Source: Calditrichales bacterium
Lineage (GTDB): Bacteria > Calditrichota > Calditrichia > Calditrichales > J004
Reading direction: 5' to 3'
DNA: 64,000 bases
Assembly: GCA_965267575.1 (NCBI GenBank)
Contig: OZ254086.1
Location: forward strand, 2,592,001-2,656,000
Position 1 is the first letter of the stretch, and each line of letters starts with the position of its first letter. Position numbers and translations under genes: made by a program. Shown here in pieces: positions 1 to 10,244 of this stretch. A model generated the notes under the pieces. It ran no database searches. It was given only the letters and a program-made list of their open reading frames with translations, and was not told where the DNA came from.

Positions 1-2
1 CG

Positions 3-959
3 AGTGTTGCCTATTACAAAAAAGCACTGGCCCTGCTTGATGCGGACAATAACCAAAACCGGCGTCGCGAATCCCTGCTAATTGAATTGAGTTTTACCTA
101 TTTCCGGCTAAATGACTGGGAGAAAGCGCGCGGCTATCTCAACCAGTGCCTGCAGCGTCTGGACGTATTGACGCCGTTTGAACGCTCCCTCGTATTTTCG
201 GGTTTAGGTAACATCGATTTTGAACTGGGCGCTTATAAAGAAGCCGGATTCAATTATACCCGCGCGTTGGATTTCGCCACGGAAGCAGGAGCGGAAAATC
301 TGCAGGCGCTGATCCGCAATAATATGGGCGCGCTGGAAAACGTGTCCGGCAATCCGCTAAAAGCAATTAATCTGTACAGCAAAGCCATCCCCTATTTTGA
401 AAAGCACCAGGATAACAACGGACTGGCGCGCATTAATCATAATATTGGTATGTCTTACGCCGACGTGGGGCAGTGGGCCCGGGCCAATGAGTTTTATGGC
501 AAAAGCCTGAGCTTCAGCGATAAGATCGGTATAAAGCACCAGAAAGCGATTACGTTTCTAAACCGTGCCCTTGCCCTCGTTCATATGGATGATATGAGCG
601 GCGCCCGCGAATACAACTTTAAAGCCCAGCGCTTGTTGGAAACCATGCACGACAGGCTTGGTCTGGCCGAATACCACAAAATTCAGGGCATCATAGAAAA
701 AAGCGAAGGTGAAGACGAAAAAGCGGCACAGTCTTTCCGCGAAGCGCTGGCTCTTTTTAAATCCAATAACAACAAACTCGGCTACGCGGAAACGCTGTGG
801 GAGCAGGCTCTCTTTCTGGCTGAAAAAGATCCGCCGGAAGCCGTGCAAGGCCTGCGTCGCGCAGCCGAAACATTCAAAGAGCTGGGCTTAACGCAAAAAC
901 TTGAATACGTAAATAAGCTATTGTTGCGCCTAAAAGATGCGCCTGTTACCAGCGGTTGA
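3..959 (+). CDS. Tetratricopeptide-repeat protein, 5'-truncated by the window edge
   Basis: Frame is open from base 3 (SVAYYKKALALLD...) to TGA 959; repeated TPR helices (NNMGALE, HNIGMSY, LNRALAL). Confidence 0.85.
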   Translation, partial: SVAYYKKALALLDADNNQNRRRESLLIELSFTYFRLNDWEKARGYLNQCLQRLDVLTPFERSLVFSGLGNIDFELGAYKEAGFNYTRALDFATEAGAENLQALIRNNMGALENVSGNPLKAINLYSKAIPYFEKHQDNNGLARINHNIGMSYADVGQWARANEFYGKSLSFSDKIGIKHQKAITFLNRALALVHMDDMSGAREYNFKAQRLLETMHDRLGLAEYHKIQGIIEKSEGEDEKAAQSFREALALFKSNNNKLGYAETLWEQALFLAEKDPPEAVQGLRRAAETFKELGLTQKLEYVNKLLLRLKDAPVTSG

Positions 960-979
960 GATTTGTCTAAGGACCTTTG

Positions 980-3900
980 ATGGAGAAGATAAAGCATTAC
1001 AAAATCATTGAAAAAGTAGGCAGCGGCGGTCTGGGTATCGTGTATAAAGCCTTTGATACGATCCTGGAACGCGAAGTTGCTATTAAGGTGCTCCATCCCC
1101 AGATATCGGACAACAAGCAAAACGCGGAACGCCTTATGCGTGAAGCGCGCGCTTCGGCCAAGCTGGTAGATCCCCATGTTGTAACCATTTACGAAGTTGG
1201 CAGCGATATACAGGGCCGTTACATTGCCATGGAACTGGTTAACGGCGTTCCGCTTACCGATGTCATTTATCGTGAAGGCCCGTTGGAACCGCAGCGTGCC
1301 ATCCAAATAATACTGCAAATCCTTAAGGCGCTTAACAGGGCGCATAAATTGGGCATTTTCCATCGCGATATTAAACCCGATAACGTTCTGATCGGGGCAG
1401 AGGATCACGCCAAGGTGCTTGATTTCGGAATAGCCAAGATGCTGGCTAAGTCCGGCATAACCAGCAACGGTGAAGTTATTGGCACGGTTGAGTTTATGGC
1501 GCCGGAGCAGATGCTGGGTGATGGCGTGGACCAGCGCATAGACATTTATGCCGCCGGTACCGTTCTTTACCAGATGCTCACCAAACAGTTGCCTTTTACC
1601 GGCGAAACACCAGTAGAACTGCTCTTTAAAAAATTGAATGAAGAAGCCGTTGCCCCGTCTTACTACAACAGTAAGGTGGATGACGAGCTGGATCGTATTG
1701 TATTGAAAGCAATCCACGGCGACAAAGAACAGCGCTTTGCCAATCCCGAAGAATTTCTGAAAGCGCTAAACGGCTTTGTTACAAAAAAGCTGGCTCTTAA
1801 CAACGTTTCTTCGTGGGACAGCGAGGAAATCATCGAGCAGGCAGATGAGCCGCAGCACCGCCGCGACAAATATCTGCGCAAAGTTTTTGTGGGCCGCGAA
1901 AAAGAGCTAAAGCAGCTTGTACGTTCCTTCCAGGAAGTATGCAGGCGCATGGGGCAGTCGGTTATCGTTTCCGGTGAAGCCGGTGTGGGCAAAAGCCGCC
2001 TGGCCAACCAGCTGCGCAGCTACGTGGAATACCAGAACGCCTGGGTTTTATATGGAACCTGTCTTTATCAGGAAGGCATGGATGCCTATTTACCTTTTGT
2101 CGATGCCATCCGCGATTTCTTCAGCGCTGAAAATACCCGTATCAGCGAAAAAGACCGTCTTGAGCTGAAAGACCTGATACGCGAAAAAGTACCTGAACTT
2201 TCGCAATTCACGGAACGCTTTACGACAGTTATTTTCCAGAACAATACCGGCGCCGACGGAGAGAAATCCGAAACCTCCATCAACATGATGGAAAGCATTT
2301 CCACGCTGATCACGCTTATGAGCGAAGTAAGGCCGATTGTTTTGATCATTGATGATATTCAGTGGGCGGACACATCATCGCTAAAACTTTTTCACTACAT
2401 GGCGCGGCAGATTCTCAGGCACCGCGTAATGCTATACGGTATCAGCCGTACAGACCGCTATGATCTGCAGGAAGACGGCAAGCCCAAAATGATCGTCGAT
2501 ATTATCTCGCGTATGCGCCGTGAAGAGCTGATCAAGGAAATCAACCTCAGTCGCCTCACCAGGGAAAAAAGCGACGCCCTCGTCGATAAATCATTGGGCA
2601 ATACCGCCTTTTCAGAAGAGTTCTATGAAGGCGTATTTGTTGAAACAAAAGGCAATCCGTTCTTTGTGCTGGAAACAATCAAACTGTACAAGGAAAACGG
2701 CCTTATTGAAAATAAGGACGGCATCTGGATTGACCATAAGATCGATTTTAAGGTCAAGATTCCCAACCGCGTAGAAGATATTTTTATCAGGCGTCTGAGT
2801 ACGTTGAGCGAAGAGGAACGCGAGACACTGCAGGTGGCCAGTGTAATGGGCTACAAATATGATCCTTCCGTTTTGGCGGCTGTATTGGAGATACCCAAAA
2901 TTCAGTTGCTGAAAACGCTGACTAAAATGGCGAATGAACTGCAGATCATCTCTTCAACCGATAAATATTTCCAGTTTGAACACCCCATGCTTGGCGACCT
3001 GTTGTATAACGAAATTCCCGTTGCTTTGCGCAAAGAGTATCACCTGATGATCGTGGAGGAAATGGAAAAGCGTCATGGCAATAACTTTGGCGCTTTTGTG
3101 GGCGAGGCGGCCCAGCACTACCGCCGGGGCGATAACCATGAAAAAGCCATTGCACTTTTGTATAAAGCGGGCAAACGCGCTTTTGATATGGGGGCCTACC
3201 GCGAAGCAGGCGTTTTTCTGGAAGATCTGCTGGATTCTTTAGCGAATTGCGATAATGATGTGGAAACCGAATTCAGTGATACGGAGCTGTACATGAAGCT
3301 GGGCGTCTGCTACGAGGAAGTGGGTCGGCTGAATGACAGTGTCGAGACATATAAAAAACTGTCCGAGCTGCACAAAGAAAGAGATGATCATAAAAATCAT
3401 GCCGAATCGCTCATGCGCATGGGACGCATATACGATAAACTGGGCGACTGGGAATCAGCCCTTCAGGCCTATGATCAGTGCCTGGAAATAGCGCAGGAGC
3501 ATCAGATATCCAACCTGTATTCCAGGGTGTACAATAAGCTTGGCGTGTTTTACTTCCACAAAGGTGATTACGACAAAGCACTTGAATACCTGCGCAAAAC
3601 GATCAATTCCGCCAATAACGAATTTGGTGAGCTGGATAAAGCCCATGCCTATTCGAATATAGGCGTGATTGCAAATATCCTGCGCGGATCGCATTCGGTG
3701 GCGCTGGAGAATTTTAACCGCGCCATCGAGATTTATCAAACCCACAACCGTAAATCGGATCTGGCGGCTGTGTACGTGAACATCGGGCTGATCTATTCCA
3801 ATTCCGGCAACTGGATCGAATCGATCAAGGCGTTTGAGAACTGCCTGAAGCTGACCGACGAAGGGGAATCCAAACATCTTCGCGCGCTGACTTTTCTCAA

Positions 3901-4300
3901 TATGGGTAAAGCCTATGCCCGCTACAAAAAACTGGACAAAGCCAAAAGCTTCACCGAAAAAGCGCTCAAGACTTTCAAACGCATGTCTGATCTGATCAGT
4001 ATTGCCGAAGCCTACCAGGTTTACGGGATAATCTACAAAGAGGAAAATGACTTTACGCAGGCGCAAAAATATCTTCTGGATGCCATGCGCATTTTCAAAA
4101 GCAAGGACTTTAAGGAAGGTCTGGCAGAAGCCTACAACATTTACGCAGATCTGTGCCGCGATAACGGTTATTACGAGGAAGCCGGCGAAAATTACAAAAA
4201 CGCTCTTGAGCTGTTCGGCGAGCTGAATGTTGATACCAAGGTGAAAGAGCTCGAAAAAACAATCGAAGATCTGGAAAAACAACACGTTATAGAAGCGTAA
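980..4300 (+). CDS. Hanks-type Ser/Thr kinase fused to STAND/AAA_16 (MalT-like) ATPase and C-terminal TPR array
   Basis: GSGGLG, VAIK, HRDIKPDN, DFG, GTVEFMAPE; FVGREKEL, Walker A GEAGVGKS, Walker B IIDDIQWAD, GNPFF; many TPRs. ATG 980 follows AAGGA. Confidence 0.92.
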   Translation: MEKIKHYKIIEKVGSGGLGIVYKAFDTILEREVAIKVLHPQISDNKQNAERLMREARASAKLVDPHVVTIYEVGSDIQGRYIAMELVNGVPLTDVIYREGPLEPQRAIQIILQILKALNRAHKLGIFHRDIKPDNVLIGAEDHAKVLDFGIAKMLAKSGITSNGEVIGTVEFMAPEQMLGDGVDQRIDIYAAGTVLYQMLTKQLPFTGETPVELLFKKLNEEAVAPSYYNSKVDDELDRIVLKAIHGDKEQRFANPEEFLKALNGFVTKKLALNNVSSWDSEEIIEQADEPQHRRDKYLRKVFVGREKELKQLVRSFQEVCRRMGQSVIVSGEAGVGKSRLANQLRSYVEYQNAWVLYGTCLYQEGMDAYLPFVDAIRDFFSAENTRISEKDRLELKDLIREKVPELSQFTERFTTVIFQNNTGADGEKSETSINMMESISTLITLMSEVRPIVLIIDDIQWADTSSLKLFHYMARQILRHRVMLYGISRTDRYDLQEDGKPKMIVDIISRMRREELIKEINLSRLTREKSDALVDKSLGNTAFSEEFYEGVFVETKGNPFFVLETIKLYKENGLIENKDGIWIDHKIDFKVKIPNRVEDIFIRRLSTLSEEERETLQVASVMGYKYDPSVLAAVLEIPKIQLLKTLTKMANELQIISSTDKYFQFEHPMLGDLLYNEIPVALRKEYHLMIVEEMEKRHGNNFGAFVGEAAQHYRRGDNHEKAIALLYKAGKRAFDMGAYREAGVFLEDLLDSLANCDNDVETEFSDTELYMKLGVCYEEVGRLNDSVETYKKLSELHKERDDHKNHAESLMRMGRIYDKLGDWESALQAYDQCLEIAQEHQISNLYSRVYNKLGVFYFHKGDYDKALEYLRKTINSANNEFGELDKAHAYSNIGVIANILRGSHSVALENFNRAIEIYQTHNRKSDLAAVYVNIGLIYSNSGNWIESIKAFENCLKLTDEGESKHLRALTFLNMGKAYARYKKLDKAKSFTEKALKTFKRMSDLISIAEAYQVYGIIYKEENDFTQAQKYLLDAMRIFKSKDFKEGLAEAYNIYADLCRDNGYYEEAGENYKNALELFGELNVDTKVKELEKTIEDLEKQHVIEA

Positions 4301-4308
4301 GGGAAAAG

Positions 4309-5286
4309 ATGCCTGAAACAGGACAAAGCCTGGAACTGGAAAACAAGATGCTTCTGGCCGAGCTGGAAATGGCCTATAAGAATATGGAGTCCATACTGGA
4401 GCAGGCCAATAAGGAAAAGGAAATCACTTACCGCGAATTACAGCACCGCTACAACACGCTTCAAAGTCTTTATGAAGAGCTTTCCAATAAAGAGAATATG
4501 CTGGTGCATATGGAGAAGCTTTCCTCCATCGGGCAGTTTATTACCGAGATTATTCATGAGCTTAACAACCCGCTGATGGTGATAGCCGGGGTAACGGATC
4601 TGGTCCTGATGGGCGAAGAGCTGCCGGAAAAAACACGCGAACGCATATCGCGCATACCGCAGCAGGTCGACCGCATGAAAAGTTATCTCAACCGCTTCAG
4701 GAATATGGTGTATAAAAGCGATGAGGACTTCGAAGTATTCGATCTGAACCACAATCTTAATGACTTTATCACCACCATAGAAATCATCAAACCCAAAAAT
4801 ATTCGTATTGAAAACGATCTGTCGGCGGATCTGCTTTATGTCCACGGCGACGCCTACCAGCTTTTCCAGATTTATCTGAACCTGGCAAAAAACGCGTTTG
4901 ACGCGATGCAGGATAAGGGAACCTGTTTAAAGATTTCCAGCCTACGCGCCGATCGTTATTACCTGCAGAATTCGGAACTTGCCACGGCCGTGCACAGCGA
5001 GGGCGACGAGAGCTGGGAGCAATTTGTGGAGAGCGCCGAAAGTTTTGTTGTTGTTACTCTGGAAGATGACGGTCCTGGTATGGACACCGAAACGCTGGCC
5101 CGCATTTTTGACGCCTTCTTTACAACCAAAGGACGCGGCAGCGGTACGGGTTTGGGCTTGTCAATAGCCCGGGATATTTGCCAGCGCCACAAAGGAGAAC
5201 TGGCCGTGACCTCGCAACCGGATGTGGGGACGCGTTTTTTCATAGTACTGCCGCTTACAACGAGCAGGCCCGAAACGATTTATTAA
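4309..5286 (+). CDS. Cytoplasmic NtrB-like histidine kinase with N-terminal coiled coil
   Basis: H-box EIIHELNNPL, N-box NLAKNAFDAM, G1 DDGPGM, F-box FDAFFTTK, G2 GTGLGL; no TM segment. Confidence 0.92.
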   Translation: MPETGQSLELENKMLLAELEMAYKNMESILEQANKEKEITYRELQHRYNTLQSLYEELSNKENMLVHMEKLSSIGQFITEIIHELNNPLMVIAGVTDLVLMGEELPEKTRERISRIPQQVDRMKSYLNRFRNMVYKSDEDFEVFDLNHNLNDFITTIEIIKPKNIRIENDLSADLLYVHGDAYQLFQIYLNLAKNAFDAMQDKGTCLKISSLRADRYYLQNSELATAVHSEGDESWEQFVESAESFVVVTLEDDGPGMDTETLARIFDAFFTTKGRGSGTGLGLSIARDICQRHKGELAVTSQPDVGTRFFIVLPLTTSRPETIY

Positions 5287-5295
5287 AGGAGAATC

Positions 5296-5586
5296 ATGCA
5301 TCATTGCAGCAAGTGTTCTTCATTGCTTTATCCCGACGACAAGTTTTGCGGGCAATGCGGAACCGCCATTGTCAACGATGAGAACAACGCTAAAAAGCTG
5401 ATGACCCAAATGGAGCTGAAGATAGAAGACGTGCGCAGCAACCTTGGTGTTGTCTATTTCAAGATGGGCCGTTTTGATGAGGCTGTCTCCTGCTTCGAGA
5501 AGATACTGAAGGAGGATCCGGATAACCTGAGCGCGCGGACCATGCTTGAAATGATCAAAGAAGAACGCACAAAAGTCGACGCCTGA
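5296..5586 (+). CDS. Zinc-ribbon plus single TPR small protein
   Basis: CSKC...FCGQCG; NLGVVYFKMGRFDEAVSCFEKIL TPR; AAGGAG RBS. Confidence 0.85.
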   Translation: MHHCSKCSSLLYPDDKFCGQCGTAIVNDENNAKKLMTQMELKIEDVRSNLGVVYFKMGRFDEAVSCFEKILKEDPDNLSARTMLEMIKEERTKVDA

Positions 5587-5975
5587 TGAAAAATGTCTGT
5601 AAAAAATGCGCTGCTGAAAACCGCCCGGAAAACCGCTTTTGTACACAGTGCGGCGAGGCGCTTCCGCTTAAAGCGGAGAGAGGTCCCAGGTTGATGATGC
5701 TATCGGCGGACGGCAACAGCCAGATTATTTTTCCGCTGGCGGAAGGCAAGAGCTACATCGGGCGGGATATTCAAAACACGATTGTTATTGATGATACGCA
5801 GATAAGCAAACGACACGCCTGTGTGGATGTCTCGCAGGGAAAGGTCTTTGTTCAGGATATGGACAGCCGAAACGGCATTTACCTCAATGGCAAAAAAGTA
5901 CAGCGGAAAACCGCTTTGGAAGAAGGCAGCCTGCTCAAACTTGGCTCGACCATTCTCCGCTACGAAAACAACTGA
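5586..5975 (+). CDS. Zinc-ribbon plus FHA domain protein
   Basis: CKKC...FCTQCG; FHA motifs IGR, ISKRHA, SRNG-YLNG; TGATG overlap with the upstream gene. Confidence 0.9.
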   Translation: MKNVCKKCAAENRPENRFCTQCGEALPLKAERGPRLMMLSADGNSQIIFPLAEGKSYIGRDIQNTIVIDDTQISKRHACVDVSQGKVFVQDMDSRNGIYLNGKKVQRKTALEEGSLLKLGSTILRYENN

Positions 5976-5997
5976 ATCTAAAAATAAGGATTCTATC

Positions 5998-7587
5998 ATG
6001 TCTCGCTTACAACGTCCGGCGTTTATCGCTTTTACCCTTATTTTGATTGTGCTTGCTGGCTGTTCGGGCCAGAAGCAGGAAACGAAACCTGCCAGCGGCG
6101 GCCAGATGATCATCGGCATTACCGGCGATGTTGATACCTTCAACCCGCTTTTCGCGGAATCCGCTTTTGCTGCAGAGATCAATCACCTGATCATGCTGGG
6201 CCTGGCCGACCTGGATGACAAATCGAATTTTGCACCGGAAATCGCCGCATCCTGGGAAAGCAATGAAGACAACACCGCAATTACCTACATACTTAGAAAA
6301 GACGCCGTTTGGGCCGACGGCCAGCCTATTACCGCTTATGACGTGAAGTTTACCTATGACCTGCTTAGAGAAGAGACACTGGCCAGCCCGCGCCAGATGA
6401 CAGTAGAGTTTCTTAACAATGTGGTCGTTGTCGATTCGCATACGGTACGTTTCGAATTTGCGCAGGCTTACCCGGCGCAAATGTTTGATACGGCAGGGGA
6501 GATCCTGCCCAGACACCTTCTTAAGGATGTGCCGCCAGCCGAATTGCGCGCCCATGAATTTGGCCGCTCGCCGCTCGCTTCCGGCCCGTTTAAGCTGGCC
6601 AAATGGGAAAACCAGCAATATATCGAGCTGATACGAAACGAAAATTACTGGGGTAAAAAGCCCTACCTGGACAAGCTGATCTTCAAGATAGTGCCCGATC
6701 CCAACAGCCTGTTGATGCAGCTTGAAAGCGGTGAAATTGATATGATGGCCGGCGTGCCGCCTTCCGAGGTAGCCCGTCTTAAGCAGGGCAATCCGGATAT
6801 TGATATTCACCAGGTATCGGGGCGCGTTTTTTACTATGTTGGATACAATCTGACCAACCCCTTGTTTGAGAACGTGGAAGTACGCCGGGCATTAGCCATG
6901 GCGCTGGATCGCCAAACGATGATTGATGCCCTCCTTTACGGATATGGCACGCCGAGTAACGGGCCGCTGCCCCCGATTGTGAAATGGGCTTACAATGATG
7001 ATGTGCAGCAACTCCCGCATGACCAGCAAAAGGCGGCGGCGGTGTTGGCTGAACAAGGCTGGACAGACAGCGACGGCAACGGTGTGCTTGACAAAAACGG
7101 TCGTGAATTTTCCTTTGTTTTAAAACTACCCACCGGCAGTACCATTCGCGATGACGCGGCTGTTGTTATCCAGGAAGCATGGCGCAAGCTGGGGCTGGAT
7201 GTTAAAATAGAGCCGCTGGAGCGCAACGCTTTCGGGCGTGATATGCAAACCAAGAATTTCGATGCCGTGCTGAGCGCCTGGAGCATGTCCTACTATATAG
7301 ATCCGACGCCTATTTTCCATTCGCAGTCCACGCATATGTTTAACTTTGTCAGCTACAACAGCCCGCGCGCCGATGAATTAATCGAACAGGGCCGTAGTGA
7401 AATGGACCGCGCTAAAGCAGCACAGATCTGGAAAGAGTTTCAGCAGCAGGTGTACAACGATCAACCTTACACGTTTTTGTTTTGGGTAGACAAGGCCGTA
7501 GCTGTTAATAACGACTTTAAAGATGTAACGCCCATCGCGCTGAGCAGTTTATACGACGTTGAAAACTGGTATAAAGCCAAAGAGTAA
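5998..7587 (+). CDS. Peptide/nickel ABC transporter substrate-binding lipoprotein (SBP family 5)
   Basis: Lipobox VLAGC; DAVWADGQPITAYDVKFTY, ASGPFKL, NENYWG; ATG 5998 follows AAGGA. Confidence 0.92.
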   Translation: MSRLQRPAFIAFTLILIVLAGCSGQKQETKPASGGQMIIGITGDVDTFNPLFAESAFAAEINHLIMLGLADLDDKSNFAPEIAASWESNEDNTAITYILRKDAVWADGQPITAYDVKFTYDLLREETLASPRQMTVEFLNNVVVVDSHTVRFEFAQAYPAQMFDTAGEILPRHLLKDVPPAELRAHEFGRSPLASGPFKLAKWENQQYIELIRNENYWGKKPYLDKLIFKIVPDPNSLLMQLESGEIDMMAGVPPSEVARLKQGNPDIDIHQVSGRVFYYVGYNLTNPLFENVEVRRALAMALDRQTMIDALLYGYGTPSNGPLPPIVKWAYNDDVQQLPHDQQKAAAVLAEQGWTDSDGNGVLDKNGREFSFVLKLPTGSTIRDDAAVVIQEAWRKLGLDVKIEPLERNAFGRDMQTKNFDAVLSAWSMSYYIDPTPIFHSQSTHMFNFVSYNSPRADELIEQGRSEMDRAKAAQIWKEFQQQVYNDQPYTFLFWVDKAVAVNNDFKDVTPIALSSLYDVENWYKAKE

Positions 7588-8417
7588 TGGCAAAGCCGCT
7601 GTTACAGGTAGAGGGGTTGTCCGTTTGCTTAGAGGAAAAAGGCAAGCCTCCTTTCTATCCCGTGCGTGATGTTACTTTTGATCTTGAGCGCAGCGCCATA
7701 ACCGCTCTTGTCGGGCTGTCAGGTTCCGGCAAAAGTATGTTGTCCCTGGCCTTGTTAGACCTTTTGCCGCAAAATGGGCGCATCAGTGCCGGCACAATCC
7801 ATTTTAACCGCGATTGTTTTTTTGAAGCGGGCAAAAGCAACCGCCTGCCCGGTCTGCGCGGTCGCAATGTGAGCATGATTTTCCAGGAACCCCTGGCCGC
7901 GCTTAACCCTGTTTTTACCATCGGAAGCCAGTTTAGCGATGTTATCGTTCTTGATAAGGGCTGTGGCCGTGCGGAGGCGCGCGAAACCGCAAGGAACTGG
8001 CTTGAGCGCTGCGGTCTTGCCAACGCGGCCGAAGTTTTAGGCCTCTATCCGCATCAGTTGAGCGGCGGAATGGCGCAGCGCGTTATGATCGCCATGGCCC
8101 TGAGTCGCCGGCCGCAGGTGCTTCTGGCCGATGAACCGACAACGGCGCTGGACGTCTCAACGCAGAAAAGAATACTCTCTCTTTTGCAGCAACTGCAACG
8201 GGAGCTTGGTTTTGCCATCCTGCTGGTGAGCCACGATCTGTCACTGGTAGGACGCCTGGCCGGGCATGTGCTTGTTATGGATAAAGGCCGGATTGTTGAG
8301 CAGGGAAGCTTTCACGGGCTTGTAAACAATCCGCAAAGTGCATTAACCGAACGCCTTGTGGCCGATTACGCCCGCCGCGCAAACCGTCTGGGAATTATTC
8401 AGCAGGCCGTGCAATAG
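7587..8417 (+). CDS. Peptide ABC transporter ATPase (OppD/DppD-like)
   Basis: [35 protein letters not shown]. Confidence 0.92.
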   Translation: MAKPLLQVEGLSVCLEEKGKPPFYPVRDVTFDLERSAITALVGLSGSGKSMLSLALLDLLPQNGRISAGTIHFNRDCFFEAGKSNRLPGLRGRNVSMIFQEPLAALNPVFTIGSQFSDVIVLDKGCGRAEARETARNWLERCGLANAAEVLGLYPHQLSGGMAQRVMIAMALSRRPQVLLADEPTTALDVSTQKRILSLLQQLQRELGFAILLVSHDLSLVGRLAGHVLVMDKGRIVEQGSFHGLVNNPQSALTERLVADYARRANRLGIIQQAVQ

Positions 8418-8467
8418 TAACATCTTGGTTATCCTCCCCGATAATAGCTTAAAAACAGGATGAACTT

Positions 8468-9283
8468 ATGCCGGACAGGGATGTCTTTCTTTCGCTCAAA
8501 CATATTTCGAAATCGTTTAAAGACAGCGGGTCAGATTGCCCTGTGCTTTCGGATGTGAATTTAACCATACAGCGCGGGGAGATTCTGGCTTTGGCCGGGG
8601 AAAGCGGCAGCGGCAAAAGTACACTGGCGCGTTGCATCTTGCGCCTGGTTGAAGCAGACAGCGGCGAAATGTGGCACAATGGCAAAAACCTGCTGGCCTT
8701 GCCCATCCGTAAGTTTCGTAAACAATACCGTTGTTTCCAGATGATTTTTCAGAACCCGGCCCTGGCGCTCAATCCGTTGATGAGTGTACATGCCGCCCTG
8801 AACGAAGTTGTGCGCGTTGTACAGGGATTAAAGGGTGTGGAAGCTGAGGAGCGCATCAGTAGCCTGCTTAACGACGTGGGGTTGGATGAGCGCCTGCTGG
8901 CCAGCAAGCCGGCAAAACTGAGCGGTGGCGAAAAACAGCGCCTGGTTATCGCCCGTGCCCTGGCAGCACGTCCGCGTTTCCTCATCGCCGATGAACCCAC
9001 GGCCAGCCTCGATGCCAGCCACCGCCGCACAATTCTTGACCTGCTGGCAAAACTAAGCCGCCGCTACGGTTTGACCATCCTGCTTATCACGCACGATATC
9101 GGTGCCGTACTGGACGTGGCCGACCGAATAGCCGTGTTAAAACAAGGCCGTATTGTGGAAGCAGATACGCTTGATGATGGCTTTGCGCAACGGCCGCATC
9201 ATGTCTATACGCGCGAGCTCCTGAAGGCTGCCCTGCTGCCCGCGGACGAAACGGAGAACAGCAATGCGCTCGTTTTGGCTTAG
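8468..9283 (+). CDS. Peptide ABC transporter ATPase (OppF/DppF-like)
   Basis: GESGSGKS, LSGGEKQR, ADEPTASLD, PHHVYTRELL. Confidence 0.92.
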   Translation: MPDRDVFLSLKHISKSFKDSGSDCPVLSDVNLTIQRGEILALAGESGSGKSTLARCILRLVEADSGEMWHNGKNLLALPIRKFRKQYRCFQMIFQNPALALNPLMSVHAALNEVVRVVQGLKGVEAEERISSLLNDVGLDERLLASKPAKLSGGEKQRLVIARALAARPRFLIADEPTASLDASHRRTILDLLAKLSRRYGLTILLITHDIGAVLDVADRIAVLKQGRIVEADTLDDGFAQRPHHVYTRELLKAALLPADETENSNALVLA

Positions 9284-10244
9284 GCGCCTGGCACACAGCC
9301 TGCTTGTTATCTGGGGTGTGCTTACGCTGATATTCGTGATTCTGCACCTGGCGCCCGGCGATCCGCTTGCGCTTTATGTACGCCCGGACATATCTCCCGA
9401 ATTACTGGAAAAAATGCGCGCCCGTTTCGGCTTTGACCAGCCGTTGTGGCATCAATATGTCACCTGGCTGCTGGCCTTTGTGCAGCTCGATTTTGGTGTT
9501 TCCTTTTCCCACGCCCGGCCTGTTGCCTCTATCCTGGCCGAAGCGCTGCCGGCCACTCTGCAGCTCTCGTTAACCGTTTTTGTCCTGCAGTTTTTTGCGG
9601 GAGGCGCGCTGGGCGTCTATAACGCCGTCCATAAAGGCAAAAAACGCGAAAAAGCCGTTAACGGAATCATGCTTTTTTTGTATGCCATGCCCGGTTTCTG
9701 GCTGGCACTGATCCTTGTGCTGATCTTTTCCTACAAGCTGGGCTGGCTGCCTTCCGGGCAGATGGTCTCGCTTGGCGTGGATGACGGATTCTGGCCGCAA
9801 TTGGGCGACCGCTTGTTGCATATGGTGCTGCCGGTGACGGTTTTGATGGTGCCCTTTGTGGCCCAAACCAGCCGTTTTATGCAGGAGCAAATGGAGAGCA
9901 TCCTCAGCCAGCCCTATGTACGCAGCGCCCGGGCATTCGGTTTTTCACAAAAAACAATCCTTTATAAATACGCCTTAAGGAATGCTTTATTGCCAATGAT
10001 TTCCCTGTTCGGTTTGTACTTTCCTTTTTTGCTGGGCGGCGCCGTTATTACGGAATACATTTTTGCCTGGCCCGGTGTAGGAAGGCTAATGATCGAAGCG
10101 GTTTTTGCCAACGATTACCCGCTGATCCTGGCAGGCTGCTTTATTGCCGCTTTATCGGTGGTTACGGGTAACCTGCTTTCCGATCTGCTTTACCGCAAGG
10201 CCGACCCCCGGATCGGCCGGAAGGAGCGTTATGCGCGCGGCTGA
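9264..10244 (+). CDS. Peptide ABC transporter permease (OppB/DppB-like)
   Basis: LAPGDP, DQPLWHQY, DFGVSF, YVRSARAFG, EYIFAWPGVG. Confidence 0.92.
   Translation: MRSFWLRRLAHSLLVIWGVLTLIFVILHLAPGDPLALYVRPDISPELLEKMRARFGFDQPLWHQYVTWLLAFVQLDFGVSFSHARPVASILAEALPATLQLSLTVFVLQFFAGGALGVYNAVHKGKKREKAVNGIMLFLYAMPGFWLALILVLIFSYKLGWLPSGQMVSLGVDDGFWPQLGDRLLHMVLPVTVLMVPFVAQTSRFMQEQMESILSQPYVRSARAFGFSQKTILYKYALRNALLPMISLFGLYFPFLLGGAVITEYIFAWPGVGRLMIEAVFANDYPLILAGCFIAALSVVTGNLLSDLLYRKADPRIGRKERYARG

Noticed and set aside
782..1717. Long antisense ORFs (also 3455-4285, 6007-6810, 23765-24511, 34758-35552, 40510-41394, 60489-61199)
   Set aside because: Shadow frames of well-supported genes, with no recognisable motifs
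5821..5997. Upstream ORF-track starts (5821, 10144, 17638, 22032, 22044, 24589, 27963, 52765, 56255)
   Set aside because: They overlap other genes or RNA, or lack an RBS; downstream ATGs have an RBS or match the family N-terminus
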